This document shows positions 42,433 through 44,710 of a stretch of 44,710 nt of DNA, one piece after another. Position 1 is the first letter of the stretch. Each line of letters opens with the position of its first letter. Under the pieces are notes generated by a model. That model ran no database searches. It had not been told where the DNA came from and saw only the letters and a program-made list of their open reading frames with translations. Origin of the DNA: Escherichia phage vB-Eco-KMB36; the sequence record OR525703.1; one strand, written 5' to 3'. The position numbers and the translations under genes are program-made.

Positions 42433-42587
42433 GCGAACAAGGTCAAGTAAGCCAACCATTACGAGTAGGCCGTAAAGTCAGTCACGCCCCGTTCCCGACA
42501 CGTGAGGAACTTATGGAACGTAACAGTTTCCCGGGGCCGGACAAGAACAAGTATCTTAATCGCATGTGGGGAGAGCGTAAAGAATGA
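42429..42587 (+). CDS. hypothetical small protein
   Basis: 52-codon ORF, coupled. Confidence 0.35.
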   Translation: MSEQGQVSQPLRVGRKVSHAPFPTREELMERNSFPGPDKNKYLNRMWGERKE

Positions 42588-42772
42588 CTGACCGCGACTA
42601 CGAAAAGATGATGGTAGAGGCCGCAAACGGCAAAACAAACGAAGCCAGAAACGAAATAGCGGTCCTCGATGCCAGGATTAAACATCACGCACAATGGGTA
42701 GATATCCTTATGGAACGCCGCCGTGAACTGATTAACCGCTTCAAACTGAACAAAGGTGATACCAATGCCTAA
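42584..42772 (+). CDS. hypothetical protein
   Basis: 62-aa ORF. Confidence 0.4.
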   Translation: MTDRDYEKMMVEAANGKTNEARNEIAVLDARIKHHAQWVDILMERRRELINRFKLNKGDTNA

Positions 42773-43004
42773 AATCACAATCGCATCGCTCGAGCGCCGT
42801 ATTATGGTGCTTGAGTCAGAGAAACAGACGCTAGGCGGGCAACTGTCAATTAACGGTGAGTTTCAACTGGAGGCATTTAAGTTGTTGCTTGATAAGTTGA
42901 AAGAGGGTGAAAAGCCTTGTGCGCATGACTACTACTTACATGTGGTTGGCGGGTTACATCGAGCCACGTGCATTAAATGTGGTGAAGCGTATGGAGTCGC
43001 CTAA
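42765..43004 (+). CDS. hypothetical protein with C-terminal Cys/His motif
   Basis: ATG 42765 preferred over GTG 42756; CAHDYYLHVVGGLHRATCIKCG. Confidence 0.4.
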   Translation: MPKITIASLERRIMVLESEKQTLGGQLSINGEFQLEAFKLLLDKLKEGEKPCAHDYYLHVVGGLHRATCIKCGEAYGVA

Positions 43005-43173
43005 GCCAGTAGTAATTGATGGCGTCCTGTGGAAACCCTACTCGGTTAACCACATCGACGCCGACGGGAAGAAGTTTAGCTTCTACATTTTTGCAATTAG
43101 CCGTGAGCACGCCGCTTGTGTGGTCGATGATATACGAGAAACGGCGTGGCTTGGCGATGAGGTAGTGGGGTGA
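42991..43173 (+). CDS. hypothetical protein
   Basis: ATG 42991 within track ORF 42907..43173. Confidence 0.4.
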   Translation: MESPKPVVIDGVLWKPYSVNHIDADGKKFSFYIFAISREHAACVVDDIRETAWLGDEVVG

Positions 43174-43175
43174 TT

Positions 43176-43346
43176 ATGTTCAGTGACATCAACGCAGCAA
43201 TCGAAGAAGCAATATGGCGGCGCTATAACGGCGAGCAACAGCGGCACTTTTGCCTCGTGCAACGCGGTAACATGATTGCCGTAGTGCAGGACCGGGATAA
43301 CAAATATCCGAATGCGATGTGGTCAACGAGGAATTTCTTAGGATGA
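43176..43346 (+). CDS. hypothetical small protein
   Basis: 56-codon ORF. Confidence 0.35.
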   Translation: MFSDINAAIEEAIWRRYNGEQQRHFCLVQRGNMIAVVQDRDNKYPNAMWSTRNFLG

Positions 43347-43579
43347 TTACCAGCATTCCTAACCTGATTAAAGAATTCGGCACGATGGCGGAGACATGCC
43401 GACAAACTGGCCTCAACGAAATGACGATTGCTAAGTACAGCAAAGACGTGAAATGTGAGCGCCACGTAATCTATAACAACCGTCTAATGACGCACGTTAA
43501 GACAAGCCCGGTATTATTCACGCGCCGCGGTATCACTAAAACCGAGCAACGTATTGCTAAAGAGGAGAGCGGGGAATGA
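43343..43579 (+). CDS. hypothetical protein
   Basis: ATG 43343 within track ORF 43319..43579. Confidence 0.4.
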   Translation: MITSIPNLIKEFGTMAETCRQTGLNEMTIAKYSKDVKCERHVIYNNRLMTHVKTSPVLFTRRGITKTEQRIAKEESGE

Positions 43580-43776
43580 GCGAAAAACTATTGTTACTTA
43601 TGCTGCATACGCTTATTGATGACAACGGGCAGGTGGTATTCCAGTTTACCGGGCGCGATGACCTCCTAATCGACGTCTATGGTGGGACATTTGCTATTGG
43701 CGACGAGTTTGTAGAAAGAGGGGCTGCATTCCAGTATCTAAGCGATAATTACGACGTACTGGTAGATATTTGCTGA
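43576..43776 (+). CDS. hypothetical protein
   Basis: 66-aa ORF. Confidence 0.4.
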   Translation: MSEKLLLLMLHTLIDDNGQVVFQFTGRDDLLIDVYGGTFAIGDEFVERGAAFQYLSDNYDVLVDIC

Positions 43777-43891
43777 TGAGACTACTAATCATCCCTAACG
43801 CCTGGGCCATCGCTGCGGCTAACGACCATTACGGCGGCGATGGTAAAAGAGCCTCACGACACGGCCTGTATAACTGATTGGAGAGCGAGAG

Positions 43892-44032
43892 ATGAAAAAT
43901 ATTCTGGATAAACTAAGCGACTGGATTACGGCTAAACCATATCGATATTGGATCATTCAATGGCTGCTGAACTGCGTTACGTTCTTCGCCGCGTGTGTTA
44001 CGGTAGCCTTCGTATTTAAGGCTATCTCCTGA
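43892..44032 (+). CDS. hypothetical small membrane protein
   Basis: 46-codon ORF with one hydrophobic helix; RBS GGAGAG; followed by terminator. Confidence 0.35.
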   Translation: MKNILDKLSDWITAKPYRYWIIQWLLNCVTFFAACVTVAFVFKAIS

Positions 44033-44038
44033 CCAACA

Positions 44039-44062
44039 AGCCCTCTACGGAGGGCTTTTCTG
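44039..44062 (+). terminator. rho-independent terminator
   Basis: AGCCCTC-TACG-GAGGGCT followed by TTTTCT. Confidence 0.65.
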
Positions 44063-44155
44063 TACATCCCGCCCAATCCCCTTATATAATCCCTTTAGAC
44101 GCGTAGGGCGCGTCTGGTGCGCTCTGATGGTCAGACGCATATGCAAGGGGATTCT

Positions 44156-44701
44156 ATGAAGCTGAAACTCAAGCAGCCATCGCCAGAGGTGGTGCAAGCT
44201 GCACATGAAGAAGCTGTTAGCGCAAACCGCCGCCGTAAGCGACCACGCGGCAAACAGAGCCTTTATCAATCATCCCGTAATTCCGCCGCGTTGTGGGACC
44301 CGGACTATTGCGACGCGTTAATCGAGTTCTTCGACCGCACGTCATGGGAACTTGTGCCTACCTCCAAAGGCGACGAACGCCCGCTGATTCAGGACAAACC
44401 GCCGTCACTGGCCCGCTTTGCCTTACGCATCGGCGTCACTATCCCGATTATTAAGCTGTGGCTGCGCGAGATTCCCGCATTCGCAGAAGCATGGGAGACA
44501 GCGCAGGCATTGGAAGAGGCATACTTCACTGAGACAGGGGCCGCAGGTATCTCTGCTACGTTTGCCGCTGCGAAACTTGGCCTTGGCAAAGAGAAACCAG
44601 TTGAATCCGCCGAAGAAACGGCACCGACTGAGATTATTTTCAGTGTTGCGGAGCCTGTAGGTAAAATCGTAACAACGAATATGGGCGAGGTAGAGGAATG
44701 A
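44156..44701 (+). CDS. putative terminase small subunit
   Basis: HTH-like SLARFALRIGVTIPIIKLWLREIPAF; ATG 44156 with AAGGGG RBS; assignment by motif and genome-end position only. Confidence 0.4.
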   Translation: MKLKLKQPSPEVVQAAHEEAVSANRRRKRPRGKQSLYQSSRNSAALWDPDYCDALIEFFDRTSWELVPTSKGDERPLIQDKPPSLARFALRIGVTIPIIKLWLREIPAFAEAWETAQALEEAYFTETGAAGISATFAAAKLGLGKEKPVESAEETAPTEIIFSVAEPVGKIVTTNMGEVEE

Positions 44702-44710
44702 GTAAATCCC

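Noticed and set aside
1-44710. CRISPR array, tRNA or rRNA genes, integrase/attachment site
   Set aside because: No spacer-repeat array, no tRNA-like cloverleaf sequence, and no tyrosine or serine recombinase signature were found; the XRE- and AlpA-like HTH genes alone do not establish a temperate lifestyle.

Overview
This window reads as most of the genome of a virulent-type tailed dsDNA phage with a long non-contractile tail, and it contains no rRNA, tRNA, CRISPR array or integrase that I could find. All calls are from reading the sequence and the ORF track; no database search was run. Plus-strand late genes: terminase large subunit, portal, head morphogenesis protein, spanins, scaffold, major capsid, head-tail and tail genes (G/GT chaperone, tape measure, tip proteins, tail fibre/spike). 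A minus-strand early/replication block follows (about 24.3-36.9 kb): helicase, family-A DNA polymerase, nucleases, SSB-like protein, primase/helicase, HTH regulators. Then come plus-strand small genes, the lysis cassette and a probable small terminase. The most unusual feature is that two essential genes (head morphogenesis protein and DNA polymerase) each carry a roughly 298-aa intein whose interior is dual-coded by a complete nuclease gene in a non-intein frame: antisense in one, +1 sense in the other. Other notable signals are a pair of paralogous promoter-to-terminator elements of about 200 nt that look like small RNAs, a six-copy AATAG-N4-CTATT palindrome sitting on the -10 of early promoters, a compact HslV-like peptidase, and a perfect 55-bp tandem duplication that truncates a holin-like gene.
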